NCBI GenBank assembly: GCA_963712115.1
Contig: CAVQGX010000026.1
Span: forward strand, 76,055-140,054
DNA: 64,000 bases
Reading direction: 5' to 3'
DNA from: an uncultured delta proteobacterium
GTDB taxonomy: Bacteria; Desulfobacterota; Syntrophobacteria; BM002
Made by a program: the position numbers and the translations under genes. Below are positions 62,240 to 64,000 of the stretch, in pieces. Under the pieces are notes generated by a model, which was given only the letters and a program-made list of their open reading frames with translations, was not told the DNA's origin and searched no databases. Numbering within the stretch: the stretch's first letter is position 1; every line of letters starts with the position of its first letter.

Positions 62240-62599
62240 CTACCAGCGATCACGGCCGCCGCGCGACCCGCCGCCACGCGACCCGCCACCACCACGGCCA
62301 CCTCGGAAGCCCCCACCACGACCACTACCACGGTCGCTGCGCTTCTTTTCATGAGCCTCATTGACCTTAATGGTGTTGCCGTCCAAGGTGGTGCCATCTA
62401 ACTCGGTGATTGCGGTTGTGGCATCCTGGTCTTGGGCGAAGGTCACAAACCCAAAGCCGCGCGAACGGCCAGTCTCGCGGTCTGTTATAACTTTGGCTTC
62501 GATGACCTCACCGACCGCCTCGAAAGCCTGGCGCAGACCATCATCCGTTGTGTTCCAGCTCAGACCTCCCACATACAGTTTTTTCTCCATCTTTTCCAA
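62240..62599 (-). CDS. RRM RNA-binding protein with Gly/Arg-rich tail
   Basis: KLYVGGLSW (RNP2), RGFGFV (RNP1), RGG tail. Confidence 0.95.
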   Translation of the reverse strand: MEKMEKKLYVGGLSWNTTDDGLRQAFEAVGEVIEAKVITDRETGRSRGFGFVTFAQDQDATTAITELDGTTLDGNTIKVNEAHEKKRSDRGSGRGGGFRGGRGGGGSRGGGSRGGRDRW

Positions 62600-62939
62600 A
62601 CCTCTTGCTTTAAAGTGTGTCTTCAGTTTGCGGCACCATCTAGTCCTCGTGAACCAGTGGCGCCCGCAGCACCAGTTAGCATATAGTGGCTAAATCTTCC
62701 AACTCATCATTAGTCACAGAGTAGCTAAGATTTCCCATATAAAGTTTGCTACCTTGCATTCTGCTCCCCTTCGATCTCTACTTCTCTCGGTAGAGTTTAG
62801 TACTTTTTTTTAAAAAAACAAGCTGTAGTTGGAACGCTTTCTCTCGAGCACATTCTACCTTCAGCACTTCCAAAAGGGCGGATCGGGGGACATTGACTTG
62901 CCTTTGTCGCTCAGGCGAAAGTGACGACCAGTCTGCCTA

Positions 62940-63101
62940 TTATTCGTCTTGCTCTTCTCGGCGCTCTGTAAGCTCTTCCTCGTCAACGTCAGTAGCTTGC
63001 TTTTTCTTGCCCTGCCGCCGCGCCATCTTTTCCAGGGCCTTTTCCTTGCGCTCGACCTCTTTTTGGCGTTTCATAAAGCTGTGTTGACCACGTCTTGCCA
63101 T
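62940..63101 (-). CDS. Small charged protein, 53 aa (below the ORF-track length)
   Basis: GGAGAG RBS; MARRGQHSFMKRQKEVERKEKALEKMARRQ...; basic then acidic. Confidence 0.7.
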   Translation of the reverse strand: MARRGQHSFMKRQKEVERKEKALEKMARRQGKKKQATDVDEEELTERREEQDE

Positions 63102-63607
63102 TGCACTCTCCCATCTCTAAACTCTTTAGTTGATCCCGCTGAGTCCGGGGGTTCGGTGGTAGAGCTTATTTAGCTTCACCTTGCACTAGAGATCGACAAA
63201 GTGCTTACTATCGGCCATAAAGGCCGGCTTACCCACCTCCTTGAATCCAGCAATAAAAAACCCCAGAAGTCCCTACAGGCTCTGGGGTTGCGCACCAAAA
63301 CCAACGAAAAAGGATAATCAACTATGACACTTATTGACAAAGTAGTCAAGAGGCCCGGAAGAGCTAGCTCATACCCAGCATCGTGTAAACAGACCACGTC
63401 TGGGTGAGGCCTGCGAAAATAAAAAAGGCATCTTGTCCTACTTATCCTCGGAGGCTTCCAATCTTGCCTCAATCAGGGGGCAAGCAGGAAAGCATCGCTC
63501 AAGCCGTTGATTAATCATCAAGCATTCTCAAGAGGCTGTGGTATTATGTAACATAGACATATCATCTGAAGTTCACTTCTAGTACTATTAGAACGGAGGT
63601 TACAGCG

Positions 63608-63841
63608 ATGAGACAGTTGGTTGAAATCATGGCGAAGGCACTGGTAGACAATCCAGATCAGTTGGAAGTAAGCGAGATCGCTGGAAGTGACACTTTAGTG
63701 ATTGAATTGAGACCAGCAAGGGAGGACATCGGCAAGATAATTGGCAAGAAAGGGCGTAATGTGCAGGCCATGCGGACCCTTTTAAACGCTGCCGCTGGCA
63801 AGCTGAGGAAGCGTGTGGTTCTTGAGATTATTGACAAGTGA
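63608..63841 (+). CDS. khpA: KH-domain RNA-binding protein KhpA
   Basis: KALVDNP, DIGKIIGKKG. Confidence 0.9.
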   Translation: MRQLVEIMAKALVDNPDQLEVSEIAGSDTLVIELRPAREDIGKIIGKKGRNVQAMRTLLNAAAGKLRKRVVLEIIDK

Positions 63842-64000
63842 TGGCTGCTATACTCGTTCAACATTTGATAAATTATGTAAACTTCTAGCCAATCACTCCG
63901 AAAGTTTATATTATATCCCTTGATCTGCACTATCGGCTTCTGGGACCTCGGTACAAAATGTTGGATGAGCTCTGAGTTAGCCAGAGTTTAGATTAAAGTA

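Overview
About 64 kb of chromosome from an anaerobic bacterium, most likely Desulfobacterota/deltaproteobacterial (inferred from gene content and protein style). Housekeeping genes include groESL with a CIRCE operator, serC, tRNA-Gly, rimP-nusA-infB-rbfA-truB-rpsO-pnp, dut, nth, purN, pcnB and khpA. Almost every intergenic gap holds palindromic or short-period repeats from several families. The most notable accessory signals are: (1) an exported selenoprotein candidate absent from the ORF track (in-frame TGA plus SECIS-like hairpin), lying behind a periplasmic MsrAB with an OmpR-type operator; (2) a Trp-rich leader-peptide attenuator in front of a Liv-type ABC transporter and two aryl-acetate-CoA-ligase-like genes, one with a degenerate ATP loop; (3) a codon-biased operon of two divergent family III CoA-transferase subunits and four small unknown proteins, behind a ~750-nt leader; (4) an orphan B12/radical-SAM RiPP-type enzyme coupled to a Cys-rich protein; (5) a 223-nt nested hairpin next to tRNA-Gly; and (6) an isolated tRNA-Asp-like 3' half. 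All calls come from reading the sequence; no searches or folding programs were run.
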